Part shown: positions 1-10,580 of the stretch, one piece after another
How positions within the stretch are numbered: position 1 is the first letter of the stretch
How the letters are laid out: the number at the start of each line of letters is the position of its first letter
IMG/VR virus record: IMGVR_UViG_3300020191_000954
Strand: one strand, 5' to 3'
DNA length: 64,000 bases
From: an uncultured virus (IMG/VR IMGVR_UViG_3300020191_000954)
Taxonomy: Duplodnaviria; Heunggongvirae; Uroviricota; Caudoviricetes
Program-made: the position numbers and the translations under genes
Notes under the pieces: generated by a model
What the model saw: only the letters and a program-made list of their open reading frames with translations
Told to the model about the DNA's origin: nothing
The model's database searches: none

Positions 1-2
1 AA

Positions 3-305
3 ACAGATGCAGATGCATTTGAAGTAGCCGCAAAAGAATACTTGTTCCTACTAAACTTTGCTATGTTTGAATACACAGAATTATGGGACGGTGGAAGTCT
101 TGCTCCAGAGTGGACAGATGATATGCGTACCCAAGCAGGCATTCAAACAAACAATCCGTTAGGTTATGCATTCCATAACACATACATTGCACCAATAATT
201 AGTAAACCATCACTTGCAACAATTAGAAGTATATTCCAAGATGGTAACACACCAGCACAAGACGATCCAAGACTAGCAGGAGAATCAGGATATGTTGTTG
301 ATTAA
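3..305 (+). CDS. 5'-truncated hypothetical protein (C-terminal end)
   Basis: Frame is open from the window edge to TAA at 303-305; codon usage matches neighbouring genes. Confidence 0.6.
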   Translation, partial: TDADAFEVAAKEYLFLLNFAMFEYTELWDGGSLAPEWTDDMRTQAGIQTNNPLGYAFHNTYIAPIISKPSLATIRSIFQDGNTPAQDDPRLAGESGYVVD

Positions 306-331
306 ATTTAAACAAAGAGACGGAGCATAAT

Positions 332-1954
332 ATGGCTGAATATATTGTAGTTACAGAAAAAGGCATAGATGTTGCAGTAGTCGATAACGATTTACAAAGA
401 GACACATCGACTGATGACTCTGTAAACAGTAGTATTGTACCTGATAGAAGTGTACCAGTAATTAATGCTAGGCCTGCTAATAACAGAATGACGCATTATG
501 ATCTTACTGACGAAGAAGCCGCGGCATTATCAAATGACCCGCGAGTACTATCAGTAGCAGGAGTTCCAGACATAGAAACACAAGAACTATATGCTACACA
601 AAATGCAGAATTTCAAAGAAGTTTTGTAAACGGTTCAAATAGTGTTAACTGGGGTTTAGAAAGACATATTGATCCAAATTTAGATTATAATTCTTCAAGC
701 ACACGTACAGCTGATTACAATTATACACTAGACGGAACCGGAGTAGACATTGTTATTCAAGATGACGGTGTACAAGTTGATCACCCTGAATGGGAAGATG
801 CAAATGGAGTAAGTAGATTCCAACAAGTTGATTGGTACGAACTAACTGGATTATCAGGAACAATGCCTAGTAGCTTTTATGCTAACACATCAAATGATTC
901 AAATAGAGCAGGTGCTCATGGTAGTCATTGTACAGGTATTGCCGCTGGTAAAACATATGGTTGGGCAAAGAATGCAAGAATTTATTCTATGAGAATATTT
1001 GGCGGGTCTAATCATAGTATTGATACTGATCGTTATGATTTAATTAGATTATTCCACGAACAAAAACCAATTGATCCAAATACAGGATTTAAACGTCCTA
1101 CTATTGTAAATCAAAGTTGGGGATATAGTTGGTATTATAGAAATTCACAATTTGGATCTACACAAATTCAATCAATTTTTTATAGAGGTGTTGATCAAAG
1201 TATTACACCACAGGCGTGGACTAGTGGTACATTTACACAATACGGTGCAGTAGCAAGTAGACACCCAATGGCATATACGCCAGCTGATGTTGAACAAGAA
1301 CAATTAACTGATGCCGGAGTAATATGTGTTAAAGCCGCAGGTAATGGATATCATCCTTGTGCAGGATCATCCGCAGGACAATATGCTGATACAATATATG
1401 ACAGTTATTATACACTCAACGAAACATGGGCTGGATACATTGCCGCAGGACAGCCTGTATTTTATAATAGGCCAAGTAGCCCGCACTCATTAGATACAGT
1501 ATGGGTTGGCAATATGGCATGTGACCAGTATGGTTCAGAAGAATTTTTAAGAGAAGATAGTGAGCGTGGTGCTCGATTAGACATCAATGCCGCTGGTGAA
1601 CAAATTACAAGTGTTACAAGTAATGTATCTACATATAGTACCAAACAAAATTATCCACCTAACACAGCATATTCTATTGCTAGAATTAGTGGAACAAGCA
1701 TGGCGGCGCCGCAAATAACAGGAATGGGTGCTTTATGGTTACAAGCAAATCCGGGAGGCACAGCACAAGAATTTAAAGATTTCTTGACTAACAACGCAAA
1801 AGAACAATTATATAATACAGGTAATCCTGACAGTTTTGTTGCAAGTAATAGTATACCTAGATTATATGGTGGTACACGTAATATAGCATATTGGCCTTAT
1901 AATAGTCCAATACAGTTTAGTGCCAAAGGTACTAGTGGTAGTGGACAAGGATAA
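332..1954 (+). CDS. Subtilisin-like S8 serine protease, probably virion-associated
   Basis: Motifs VDIVIQDDG (Asp), HGSHCTGIAAG (His), AAGN (oxyanion) and GTSMAAP (Ser); GGAG RBS. Confidence 0.9.
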   Translation: MAEYIVVTEKGIDVAVVDNDLQRDTSTDDSVNSSIVPDRSVPVINARPANNRMTHYDLTDEEAAALSNDPRVLSVAGVPDIETQELYATQNAEFQRSFVNGSNSVNWGLERHIDPNLDYNSSSTRTADYNYTLDGTGVDIVIQDDGVQVDHPEWEDANGVSRFQQVDWYELTGLSGTMPSSFYANTSNDSNRAGAHGSHCTGIAAGKTYGWAKNARIYSMRIFGGSNHSIDTDRYDLIRLFHEQKPIDPNTGFKRPTIVNQSWGYSWYYRNSQFGSTQIQSIFYRGVDQSITPQAWTSGTFTQYGAVASRHPMAYTPADVEQEQLTDAGVICVKAAGNGYHPCAGSSAGQYADTIYDSYYTLNETWAGYIAAGQPVFYNRPSSPHSLDTVWVGNMACDQYGSEEFLREDSERGARLDINAAGEQITSVTSNVSTYSTKQNYPPNTAYSIARISGTSMAAPQITGMGALWLQANPGGTAQEFKDFLTNNAKEQLYNTGNPDSFVASNSIPRLYGGTRNIAYWPYNSPIQFSAKGTSGSGQG

Positions 1955-1957
1955 ATA
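1950..1957 (+). promoter_or_regulatory. T4-late-like promoter motif GATAAATA
   Basis: Motif recurs upstream of many structural genes; overlaps the stop codon of the S8 gene. Confidence 0.65.
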
Positions 1958-1977
1958 CATTATAGAAGAGAGATAAT

Positions 1978-2682
1978 ATGGCTTTACAAACAATTAATAT
2001 CGGTACACTAGCAAACGACGGAACAGGTGATGATCTTCGTGAAGCGTTTATTAAAGTAAATCAAAATTTTGATGATTTAGATCTACGTTCACCAGAAAGC
2101 ACAACCGTTGCCAATGTAGGGAATGTTGGCGAAGGTATATTTTCACAAAAGGTTGGAGCTGAAATTCAACTTAAAAAATTAGTACAAGGATCTAATGTAA
2201 CACTAACTAGTACTCCGCAAGGAATTACAGTTAATGCTACAGGAGGATTACAAGCATTAACTATAGTTTCAGATTCAGGTAGCATATCACTTGCAGATGG
2301 CCAATCACTTAGTATCTTTGGTGGTACAGGTGCAAATACATCATTATCAGGAAATGTTTTAACTGTTAATTCAACAGCAGAAATTGTAACAGACACAAGT
2401 CCAGAATTAGGCGGAAACTTAAATGCCGCTGGTTTTGATATTACTAACGGCGGAACATTTACAGCAAGTGAATTTAGTGGTCCTGTTACAGGTAACTTAC
2501 AAGGATTAGTATACGGTATTGATATTAGAAGTATTGAGCCAAATACAGCAGGATTTGATTTTGGAACGCTAAGTAATGATGTAAGGGGCTTCAGTGACTG
2601 GCTACTTTACGAAACAGATATAGACTTTGGAGGATATATGACTCCTGATGATAGAACTTTTGACGCAGGAGTAATAAGCTAA
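1978..2682 (+). CDS. Baseplate/tail-associated structural protein
   Basis: N-terminal INIGTLANDGTGDDLREAFIKVNQNF resembles the T4 gp9/gp10-type N-terminus; Gly/Thr-rich beta body. Confidence 0.65.
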   Translation: MALQTINIGTLANDGTGDDLREAFIKVNQNFDDLDLRSPESTTVANVGNVGEGIFSQKVGAEIQLKKLVQGSNVTLTSTPQGITVNATGGLQALTIVSDSGSISLADGQSLSIFGGTGANTSLSGNVLTVNSTAEIVTDTSPELGGNLNAAGFDITNGGTFTASEFSGPVTGNLQGLVYGIDIRSIEPNTAGFDFGTLSNDVRGFSDWLLYETDIDFGGYMTPDDRTFDAGVIS

Positions 2683-2683
2683 T

Positions 2684-3562
2684 ATGGCAACTTTAACAAT
2701 TACATCAAATGGATTACCTAATCCAGCACAATTTGGTAAAGCGTTTGGCAATAATGCGTTTGCACCTAGTGCAAATACAGCCCAATCACAATCATACAAC
2801 TATTCTTTTACATTTAGAGGTGGCGAAAATACTACAAACGCACAGCTAACTACTGCACTAACTCCACTAGGCATTATGTCTAATGGTGTTGTATTTTACT
2901 CACCAAGTTCAGGAGTTGGCGTTGTTCCACCTGGACTAAGTGCAATTGACGATGCACCAGCTACAGGATTTGAATATAATGCTGTACAGTTTAGAGGAAA
3001 TTATGGCGGTGACGATGCAGGTGGATGGCCAGAAACAAATGGTCAATATCATTATATGTCAGCAATGTTTTTATTTTTACCAACAGGATCAAGTGAAACA
3101 GGACCAGCATGGTCAACTACAATGATTGATACTGACGCAAGTCCAACTCCTACATATTATGCTGGAAGCGACTTTGGTGGAGATAAGTTTAGACATGCAG
3201 ACGGTCATAGTAAAATTGTAGGTTACTGTTTTGATGGATATCCTATTTACGGACCATTTGGTTATTCAGACTTTAACGATCCTTTGTCAGTAGTAATTAG
3301 AATGACAAGTTCATATCAATATTATGGTAGTGAAAGACCAGGTCGTGACTATTTGTATTCAGAAAAAACAGCAGGAACATTTGTTAACGATCACGAATTT
3401 CAAATTGGTACAGGAACTTTGGATCAATACAACGGACGCTTCACAAAAACTCCGGAATATCCAGATGGCACATATGCTTACTTTATGACTGTAGATACAA
3501 ATAACCAACCAGTATACCCATATATCGTAGGTCCTAGTACTAAACAACAACGTGCATTCTAA
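2684..3562 (+). CDS. YHYH-domain protein
   Basis: GQYHY, HSKIVGYCFDGYPIYGPFGY, LDQYNGR and YAYFMT...YPY motifs. Confidence 0.75.
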   Translation: MATLTITSNGLPNPAQFGKAFGNNAFAPSANTAQSQSYNYSFTFRGGENTTNAQLTTALTPLGIMSNGVVFYSPSSGVGVVPPGLSAIDDAPATGFEYNAVQFRGNYGGDDAGGWPETNGQYHYMSAMFLFLPTGSSETGPAWSTTMIDTDASPTPTYYAGSDFGGDKFRHADGHSKIVGYCFDGYPIYGPFGYSDFNDPLSVVIRMTSSYQYYGSERPGRDYLYSEKTAGTFVNDHEFQIGTGTLDQYNGRFTKTPEYPDGTYAYFMTVDTNNQPVYPYIVGPSTKQQRAF

Positions 3563-3575
3563 ACACTTGATATCC

Positions 3576-3583
3576 GATAAATA
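3576..3583 (+). promoter_or_regulatory. Late promoter motif GATAAATA
   Basis: Intergenic, upstream of the 1186-aa structural gene. Confidence 0.65.
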
Positions 3584-3607
3584 CTAATAAGTTAAAGGAT
3601 ATGAAAC

Positions 3608-6600
3608 ATGGCAGTACCAAGTTGGACTCAAAAATCAGGTTATAATTTAGCAACTCTACAAGAAAGAGTTACAGCATCAGTTCCACTGCCGTTAGATCCA
3701 ACAATAGGCGGCGGTAGCGGATATAATCCTAGCAATCAAAGTTTAAGTTATCCACCACAATCGGCATTAAGTAATGCTAGTACTATTAGTATTAGTATTG
3801 ATCATGTTGATCAATATGGTGCTAGTATGACTACAACATATCCAACCCCAGCTATACGTGTTCCAACTATTCCTACTTTATCAAACAAGCTAATACCTGT
3901 TGTTATTATTTTACACCCTCAGGGTAGTACAGGTGCTAATATGATCAACGACTGGCAAAATTATTTAGGAGATCATATTATTGTTGCTCCTGACAAACCG
4001 TTAAATGATTGGAATGTGATTGACGAAGATACTAATAAATCACCAGACATTGAAATGCTACGTCAACTTATTAATAAACTTAGTAAATTTTCAAATGTTG
4101 AATCAAACGAAATCAAACTACTTGGTATTAATAACGGCGGACTGTTAGTTAATCGTGCAATGATTGAAATTGACGACATTGGCGTTAAAGATTTTGCTAC
4201 AATTAATGCTCCACTGTTTAACCCAATGTTTAGAAATGGTAGTTTTTACTTTCCGTCATCAGAAGCAAATACAGGTAATTCGGCAGACGACTATAACACA
4301 AATACGGCTGTTAAACAAGGTAAAAGAATATTAACAATACAAAGTACTGATGGTGACACAAATGTTGCTACAACGAACGATATGATGCCTTACGTTGGAG
4401 GTTATGTTGATCCTAGTAATAACATAGCACCTAATTATAGTACAACTCCAGTAACATGGTTAGGCGGTCAAGAAACAGCATATCAATGGGCATTATCTCA
4501 AGGATATGTTGGTGGACAAATACCAGATGCTGGAGGAACATTTTATGGACAGTACAGTACATATTATTACTCATACTTGTCAGGTCAAGTACTACACTAT
4601 AAAACAAGTGGAAGTAGTGACTATGTAACAACTGAATTATGGTATAGAGATATTGTAAGAAGTTACTTTACATATACAGAATCAGTATTAAAAGACGTTT
4701 ATATATCTGATGGATCCCCAACTACTATTACATTAAACACAGATATTGTTACACTAATTAGTGGGGAATTACCTCCGGGTATGCGTTTAGAACAAAATAA
4801 AATTGTTGGTACTCCTTTTGAAGTGTCACGTACTACTGAATTTAAATTTGTGTTACGTGCAACCAACGAAGAAGGATTAAGAGATAGAACATTTACTCTA
4901 ACTATAGAAGGTCCTGATGATCCAGTATGGTCAACAACAGAAGGACTATTACCATTAGGAAGAGGAAGTGCTACATTCATTTTAGACAGTAGTATTGTTG
5001 ACTTCCAATTAGAAGCAATTGATGCTGACTTACCAACTGGACAAACATTAGAATATTTTATTGCCGACGGTGATGGAGAAATACCACCAGGATTACAATT
5101 AACAACTGACGGAAGATTAGTTGGAATTGTTGACCCTATCCTAGCAATAGACAAAAATGCAGGTAGTGGATTTTATGATGCAACACAGTTTGACTCATAT
5201 GCGTTTGACTTTGGATTAAGAAGTGCTAACGGCTTTGAAAGTTACTACTATGATACAAAAGGATATGACGATGCTATCCCAACACAAAGTAGAAAAAAAT
5301 TAAATCGAAGATACGCATTTGATGTAAGTGTAAGTGACGGTGATACTGTTGTTAAAAGATCATTTGAAATATTTTTAGTAGGTGATGATTTCCTACGTGC
5401 AGATAACACAGTTATGCAAATTGGTACAGGGGTATTCAAAGCAGACAACACTTATTTAAGAACTCCTGTTTGGTTAACACCAGCAGACTTAGGGTTTAAA
5501 CGTGCTAACAATTACGTAACAATTTTCTTAGATGTATTTGATCCTCAAACAGTACTAGGTGATCTAACATATACGTTTGAATCAACTAATCCAGATAATA
5601 CTCCAAGTGAAATTCCACCAGGGTTAGTATTAGATGTTACTACCGGCGAAATAGCAGGTCGTGTTCCTTATCAGCCAGCTGTTACAAAAGAATACAAATT
5701 TACAATTAATGCTCAACGCTTTACTAGTATCAGTCAAGAGTTAATTGCTGAAAAAAGAAAAACGTTTACAGTTAAGATTTTAGGAGAAGTTGAAAGTACA
5801 ATTAAATGGCAAACTACAGAAAACTTAGGCAGTATCAAAGCTAACTTTGTTAGTACGTTTTTTGTAGAAGCATTAACAAGTGTTACAGATAGTTCATTAC
5901 TTTATACATTATCAAGTGGTAGATTGCCACCAGGGTTAACTTTAAACTTTGATGGTGAAATTGTTGGTAAAGTTGTACAGTTTGCAACACCTACTTCAGA
6001 TGGTCTTTCAACTATTGATAATAATAAATTTACACTTGACGGTGGTACAACTACTATTGATAGAAAGTTTATTTTCACAGTACAAGCAAGAGATAGATTT
6101 GGGTTTAGTTCTACAACTAGAACGTTTAACATTGTTGTAAGAGATCCTGACAATTTGACGTACAGTAACTTATATGTTAAACCTTTATTTAAAACTACAC
6201 AGCGCCAAATATATAAAAATTTCATAGGTGATAGTAATATCTTTACACCTAATAGTATTTACAGACCAAATGATGCACAGTTTGGTCTACAAAAAGAAGT
6301 TAAGATGTTAGTATATGCTGGTATTGAAACTAAAGAAATTAAAGAGTATGTTGCGGCTTCTAGAAAAAATCATAAACGTAAAAGATTTAAATTTGGTGAG
6401 TTGAAAGTTGCAGAAGCAAAAGAGAACGGAACTAACACAGTATTGTATGAAGTAATTTATGTAGATGTAAATGACCCTTTAGATACAAAGACTGGAAAGG
6501 TTGCTAAAACTACAGGAATTGCTAACAAAAAGAAAATTACAGTTGATAGTGTTGAGTACGAAACACGTGATGATGCTAGTAAAGAAGGAGCAGGTGAAGC

Positions 6601-7168
6601 TGTTTTCCAAATTAGAAATAGTGTAAATCAAATTATTAATGTTCGAGCGTTTGGTAACGATTTAGAAATTATTACTAGAGCAGGATCTGTTATATACGAT
6701 GCAAACGGCACTATTGAAATTACAACTAGAAATGGTGCTATATTAAAAGCAGGACAAATTGCTACTACAAGTAGTGATCCGTTTAGATTTAGACCAACAT
6801 ACAACACTCTTAAAGTAGATAGTGATGCTGTACAAATTAGTAATTCTACCGATCAAACACGCTTTATTAGTAATGTAACAAATATGCGTGAAAATATAGC
6901 ACAAGCGGGCGTTACAGAAGGTAGTTTCTTACCTATTTGGATGTCAACTGCACAAGGTTCTGGTGTACAAGAATTAGGATATGTTACAGCAGTACCATTA
7001 TGCTATTGTAAACCAGGAACAGCGGCACAGATTTTATTAAATATAACTAATAGTGGGTTCGACTTTAAGAATTTAGATTTTGAAATAGATAGATATATTG
7101 TTGATGCTACTATAGGTAATAGCGATGAGCAATATATTGCATTCGGAAACTATCAATATAATGTTTAA
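3608..7168 (+). CDS. Large virion structural protein with putative Ig-like repeats and an inserted alpha/beta-hydrolase-like domain
   Basis: Repeated (L/I)PPG(L/M)xL...G.I.G units; hydrolase-like segment VVIILHPQG...LLGINNGG. Confidence 0.65.
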   Translation: MAVPSWTQKSGYNLATLQERVTASVPLPLDPTIGGGSGYNPSNQSLSYPPQSALSNASTISISIDHVDQYGASMTTTYPTPAIRVPTIPTLSNKLIPVVIILHPQGSTGANMINDWQNYLGDHIIVAPDKPLNDWNVIDEDTNKSPDIEMLRQLINKLSKFSNVESNEIKLLGINNGGLLVNRAMIEIDDIGVKDFATINAPLFNPMFRNGSFYFPSSEANTGNSADDYNTNTAVKQGKRILTIQSTDGDTNVATTNDMMPYVGGYVDPSNNIAPNYSTTPVTWLGGQETAYQWALSQGYVGGQIPDAGGTFYGQYSTYYYSYLSGQVLHYKTSGSSDYVTTELWYRDIVRSYFTYTESVLKDVYISDGSPTTITLNTDIVTLISGELPPGMRLEQNKIVGTPFEVSRTTEFKFVLRATNEEGLRDRTFTLTIEGPDDPVWSTTEGLLPLGRGSATFILDSSIVDFQLEAIDADLPTGQTLEYFIADGDGEIPPGLQLTTDGRLVGIVDPILAIDKNAGSGFYDATQFDSYAFDFGLRSANGFESYYYDTKGYDDAIPTQSRKKLNRRYAFDVSVSDGDTVVKRSFEIFLVGDDFLRADNTVMQIGTGVFKADNTYLRTPVWLTPADLGFKRANNYVTIFLDVFDPQTVLGDLTYTFESTNPDNTPSEIPPGLVLDVTTGEIAGRVPYQPAVTKEYKFTINAQRFTSISQELIAEKRKTFTVKILGEVESTIKWQTTENLGSIKANFVSTFFVEALTSVTDSSLLYTLSSGRLPPGLTLNFDGEIVGKVVQFATPTSDGLSTIDNNKFTLDGGTTTIDRKFIFTVQARDRFGFSSTTRTFNIVVRDPDNLTYSNLYVKPLFKTTQRQIYKNFIGDSNIFTPNSIYRPNDAQFGLQKEVKMLVYAGIETKEIKEYVAASRKNHKRKRFKFGELKVAEAKENGTNTVLYEVIYVDVNDPLDTKTGKVAKTTGIANKKKITVDSVEYETRDDASKEGAGEAVFQIRNSVNQIINVRAFGNDLEIITRAGSVIYDANGTIEITTRNGAILKAGQIATTSSDPFRFRPTYNTLKVDSDAVQISNSTDQTRFISNVTNMRENIAQAGVTEGSFLPIWMSTAQGSGVQELGYVTAVPLCYCKPGTAAQILLNITNSGFDFKNLDFEIDRYIVDATIGNSDEQYIAFGNYQYNV

Positions 7169-7202
7169 CCTAGCTAAATACATATACTAGAGAGGAACTA
7201 AT

Positions 7203-7781
7203 ATGGCAAGTAATATTGACAATACAAGTATTGATTCTACGTTTCCCGTAGCAGGTCAGGATAATGACAGCCAGGGATTTCGTAATAACTTTAATACTAT
7301 CAAGAACAATTTCACAGCCGCAAAGAATGAAATTGAAGATTTGCAGACAAATACTGCAAAATTAAACGCGGCAAACAACTTTCTAGGTAACGATGTAAGT
7401 GGAGCAAACTTTATTGCTAACACTGAAAAACATTATCCAGGTGGTACAGTAACTGGTCCAACAAACGTTAGTTTTACTAATGGTAATTTTCAAACATTTA
7501 CTATTGGATCAAACACACTTACACTAACATTTACTGATTGGCCTACAGCAAACAAAGTAGGTAGAATTAGAGTTATGCTGTTAGATACATTAGGCGATAG
7601 TACAGCAAGAACAGTATCTTTTGCTACAGAAAATGGTACTATCAAATATGGTACAAACGGCGATAACCCATTTCCAGCACCATTTGTTGTAAACAGCAAT
7701 AGTGATCCAATTTGTGTTGACGTTTGGACATATGACGGTGGTATCACAGTTTACGCACAATACATTGGTCAATTCGCATAA
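7203..7781 (+). CDS. Putative virion structural protein
   Basis: FPVAGQDNDSQGFRNNF N-terminus, short coiled coil, beta-rich C-terminus; GCTAAATA late-like motif at 7173-7180. Confidence 0.55.
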   Translation: MASNIDNTSIDSTFPVAGQDNDSQGFRNNFNTIKNNFTAAKNEIEDLQTNTAKLNAANNFLGNDVSGANFIANTEKHYPGGTVTGPTNVSFTNGNFQTFTIGSNTLTLTFTDWPTANKVGRIRVMLLDTLGDSTARTVSFATENGTIKYGTNGDNPFPAPFVVNSNSDPICVDVWTYDGGITVYAQYIGQFA

Positions 7782-7792
7782 GGTATTAATTA

Positions 7793-8017
7793 ATGGATCA
7801 TCCATTACTATCAGATATAAGTTCTCTAACAGACGAACAAATTGTAGAAAAAATTAATTCGTTAACACAGAAATGGTTTCAAACTAGAAATCCTGATGCT
7901 CAACATCAAATCCAAACTATGTTAGACACATACAAATTAGAAATGATTGATAGATCGAGCAAATCAAATCCAGAAAACGGCAATAAAGATCTTGACAATC
8001 TAATCAATGTAAGTTAA
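7793..8017 (+). CDS. Hypothetical protein
   Basis: ORF in operon context. Confidence 0.6.
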   Translation: MDHPLLSDISSLTDEQIVEKINSLTQKWFQTRNPDAQHQIQTMLDTYKLEMIDRSSKSNPENGNKDLDNLINVS

Positions 8018-8020
8018 AAT
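7992..8020 (+). promoter_or_regulatory. Sigma70-type promoter, probably leaderless
   Basis: TTGACA-17 nt-TAAAAT, with ATG 6 nt downstream. Confidence 0.7.
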
Positions 8021-8026
8021 AAGTGT

Positions 8027-8548
8027 ATGCTTATGAAAACTGACGATTTAGGTATTCCACGATTTTCTAATAAAGATCTTATTGATATGATCTATAGTGG
8101 TCATGCGGATAAGGTACACGTTGTACTATGTGATCCAAGTGATGACGTAGACAAGTTCAATAGTGCTATGGAAGAACAAGGCCTTAGCAAACTACAAAAG
8201 TATATCCCATTAGATGTAGATCAAAAGACTTTTGACGGTGTATGTCAAAGTGAATGGTTCATGCCTGACGCATACAAAGCCATTAATGTACATAATTGGG
8301 TGCTGGAGAAATGTACTACACAAGAAGAAACAGCAAGATGTGCAGAAGAACTTGCAGAGTTTGAAGGCAGAGGTATGAAGCCTTTGCTACAGTATATGAT
8401 ATATCTTGTGAACTTTATGCGTGAGAACGACATTGTATGGGGTGTAGGACGTGGATCAAGCGTAGCATCATATGTGCTATATTTGATAGGTGTACACAAG
8501 GTAAATTCAATCCAGTTTGGCCTGGATTGGCGTGAGTTCCTGAGATAA
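8027..8548 (+). CDS. DNA polymerase III alpha (DnaE)-like fragment
   Basis: IVWGVGRGSSVASYVLYLIGVHKVNSIQFGLDWREFLR matches the DnaE GRGS...FERFL segment; ORF ends before the PDIDxD motif. Confidence 0.75.
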   Translation: MLMKTDDLGIPRFSNKDLIDMIYSGHADKVHVVLCDPSDDVDKFNSAMEEQGLSKLQKYIPLDVDQKTFDGVCQSEWFMPDAYKAINVHNWVLEKCTTQEETARCAEELAEFEGRGMKPLLQYMIYLVNFMRENDIVWGVGRGSSVASYVLYLIGVHKVNSIQFGLDWREFLR

Positions 8549-8578
8549 GTAAGTATATAATATAATAGGAGAAATAAA

Positions 8579-9019
8579 ATGGCTATGAAGCAATCAGGTC
8601 GTAAAGTTTATAAAAGTATGCAAGGTAAGTCCGTTGATATGGATCTACTACGCCAACGTAATGAACTTACACCAGCTGTAGGAAATGCTAGAGTAAATGC
8701 ACGTGGTGATGAATTAGGCCCAGGCGGTCAAATCATTAAAAAACGTGACGATATTTTAGAAGAGTACTATAAAGATCATCCACAAACTGTTACAGATGAA
8801 GTACCAAATCAAGGCAATCATGATGTTGCTATAGATCAAGTTGCACAACCTCAAGTAGTAGTACCAGCAACTGAAACTAAAGCACCAGCTAAAAAAGCAG
8901 TCAAAGCTACTACTTCTAAAGTAGAAGCAGAAATGGCGGCTATCGATGAAGAAGCTGATGAAACAGGTACAGCATGGGTAGAAGATGAAGATGGTAATTT
9001 TGTAAAAAAAGGTGACTAA
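8579..9019 (+). CDS. Hypothetical protein
   Basis: AGGAG RBS; GATAAGTA late-like motif at 8544-8551. Confidence 0.7.
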   Translation: MAMKQSGRKVYKSMQGKSVDMDLLRQRNELTPAVGNARVNARGDELGPGGQIIKKRDDILEEYYKDHPQTVTDEVPNQGNHDVAIDQVAQPQVVVPATETKAPAKKAVKATTSKVEAEMAAIDEEADETGTAWVEDEDGNFVKKGD

Positions 9020-9022
9020 AAA

Positions 9023-9469
9023 ATGCAATTAGATCCAGAAGTAGTTAAAGGCTTTGGAGAAGGCCCGAAAGTTAAAACTCGTATCAAAGGAACTATAAGA
9101 CCCATTCATGATGGTGTACTTGCTTATAATATGAACTTTGGAGAACGTACTACCAAAGGAGGAATTATTCTTACTCATGACGATGGTAAAGAAAGAGGCA
9201 TTCGTCCACGATGGTGCCAAATTTATGCTATTGGTTCTGAGAATAAAGATCCATACGAAGTTGGTGATTGGATTTATGTAGAACACGGGCGTTGGAGTAG
9301 AAGTATTATACTCGAAGACGAAGAACTAGGTGAGTTAGATATTAGATTAATTGATGTTAATGCTATCTTACTTACAAGTAAAGACGCACCCGAAGATCTT
9401 GGTATTGGTCATTCAACAGACTTATCACAACCAACAATTGATCCTAGCGATTTCGTTAGAACACCATAA
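9023..9469 (+). CDS. groES: GroES/Cpn10-like co-chaperonin
   Basis: IRPIHDGVL, ERTTKGGIIL mobile loop, EVGDWI. Confidence 0.75.
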   Translation: MQLDPEVVKGFGEGPKVKTRIKGTIRPIHDGVLAYNMNFGERTTKGGIILTHDDGKERGIRPRWCQIYAIGSENKDPYEVGDWIYVEHGRWSRSIILEDEELGELDIRLIDVNAILLTSKDAPEDLGIGHSTDLSQPTIDPSDFVRTP

Positions 9470-9496
9470 CACTTTAAAAAAGAAGAGGAATACCTT

Positions 9497-9910
9497 GTGG
9501 CTGAAATAGACCTAAATAAATATAAAGAATTTGTTGATGCTGTAACATCAAAAGAAAGTTCAAGTAATGATGCGTTTTCATCACATTGGGCTACATTAAA
9601 CAATACTGATAGAGATATTAACTTACCTAGACTATTAACAGCGTCTATGGGGTTAGGTGCTGAAGCAGGAGAGTTTACTGAGATTATTAAAAAGATCTTG
9701 TTTCAAGGTAAGCCTTTGGACAAAGACAACATTTGGCATATGCAACGTGAGTTAGGTGATGTTATGTGGTATTGGATGCAAGGATGTATGGCATTAAATA
9801 TTGATCCTAATGAAGTAATTCAAATGAATATTGATAAACTTAAATCACGATACCCAGGCGGCGAATTTGATGCACATTATTCCGAAAATAGAGTCAAAGG
9901 CGATTTATAA
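9497..9910 (+). CDS. mazG: MazG-like NTP pyrophosphohydrolase
   Basis: EAGEFTEIIKK and ELGDVMWY...NIDKLKSRYP motifs. Confidence 0.85.
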   Translation: MAEIDLNKYKEFVDAVTSKESSSNDAFSSHWATLNNTDRDINLPRLLTASMGLGAEAGEFTEIIKKILFQGKPLDKDNIWHMQRELGDVMWYWMQGCMALNIDPNEVIQMNIDKLKSRYPGGEFDAHYSENRVKGDL

Positions 9911-9918
9911 AAAAGAAC

Positions 9919-9947
9919 TTGACATTCTAACAAACATAGTTTATAAT
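9919..9947 (+). promoter_or_regulatory. Consensus sigma70 promoter, probably leaderless
   Basis: TTGACA-17 nt-TATAAT, ATG 6 nt downstream, no SD. Confidence 0.8.
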
Positions 9948-9953
9948 TAAACT

Positions 9954-10580
9954 ATGAATTATGATCCCAATAAAATAGTAATACTTGATGATGTAGTTCC
10001 ACAATGGTTACATGACCAAGCTATAAATCAAGTATTACATTATCCACTTAGTTTTGGACATAGAGGTTTAGGTCAGTATCAAGGACATCAAATCTTTAGT
10101 CAACAGTTTTCACAAGCAGAGTTAGAAAATACTCCGTGGACACTAAAAGCAGTATGGCACGCCTTTGAACATCATAAGAATCTAATTGACAATGATGTTG
10201 GCGACATACAATTAAATCAAGTACAAATTAATCTTACAACAAAAGAACACACAGGTGGATTGCATGTCGATAGTGGAGATGATGTACCTGCTTACACTAT
10301 GGTTTATTTAATTCACGGTGACACTGGTATGGATTTTTGGGATGGCGATCCTGAGAAAGATGGTAAAAAAATTGATGAAGTGGAATACAAAGAAGGACGT
10401 CTAATCGTCTTTCCAAGTCGTTACTTACATAGAGGCATACCTGTTAAAGATGTAAGTCCTCGTGTTACTGCTGGATACGTGTTTAGTGGTAAGAGTACTC
10501 CGTTTGCAAGACAACGCAATATTATATTACCTATATTTAAAAAGGAGCAAGTTAACTATGACAGTAGGAATAACATTTAG
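9954..10580 (+). CDS. 2OG-Fe(II) oxygenase
   Basis: HVD...GRLIVFPSRYLHRG...R facial triad pattern. Confidence 0.75.
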   Translation: MNYDPNKIVILDDVVPQWLHDQAINQVLHYPLSFGHRGLGQYQGHQIFSQQFSQAELENTPWTLKAVWHAFEHHKNLIDNDVGDIQLNQVQINLTTKEHTGGLHVDSGDDVPAYTMVYLIHGDTGMDFWDGDPEKDGKKIDEVEYKEGRLIVFPSRYLHRGIPVKDVSPRVTAGYVFSGKSTPFARQRNIILPIFKKEQVNYDSRNNI

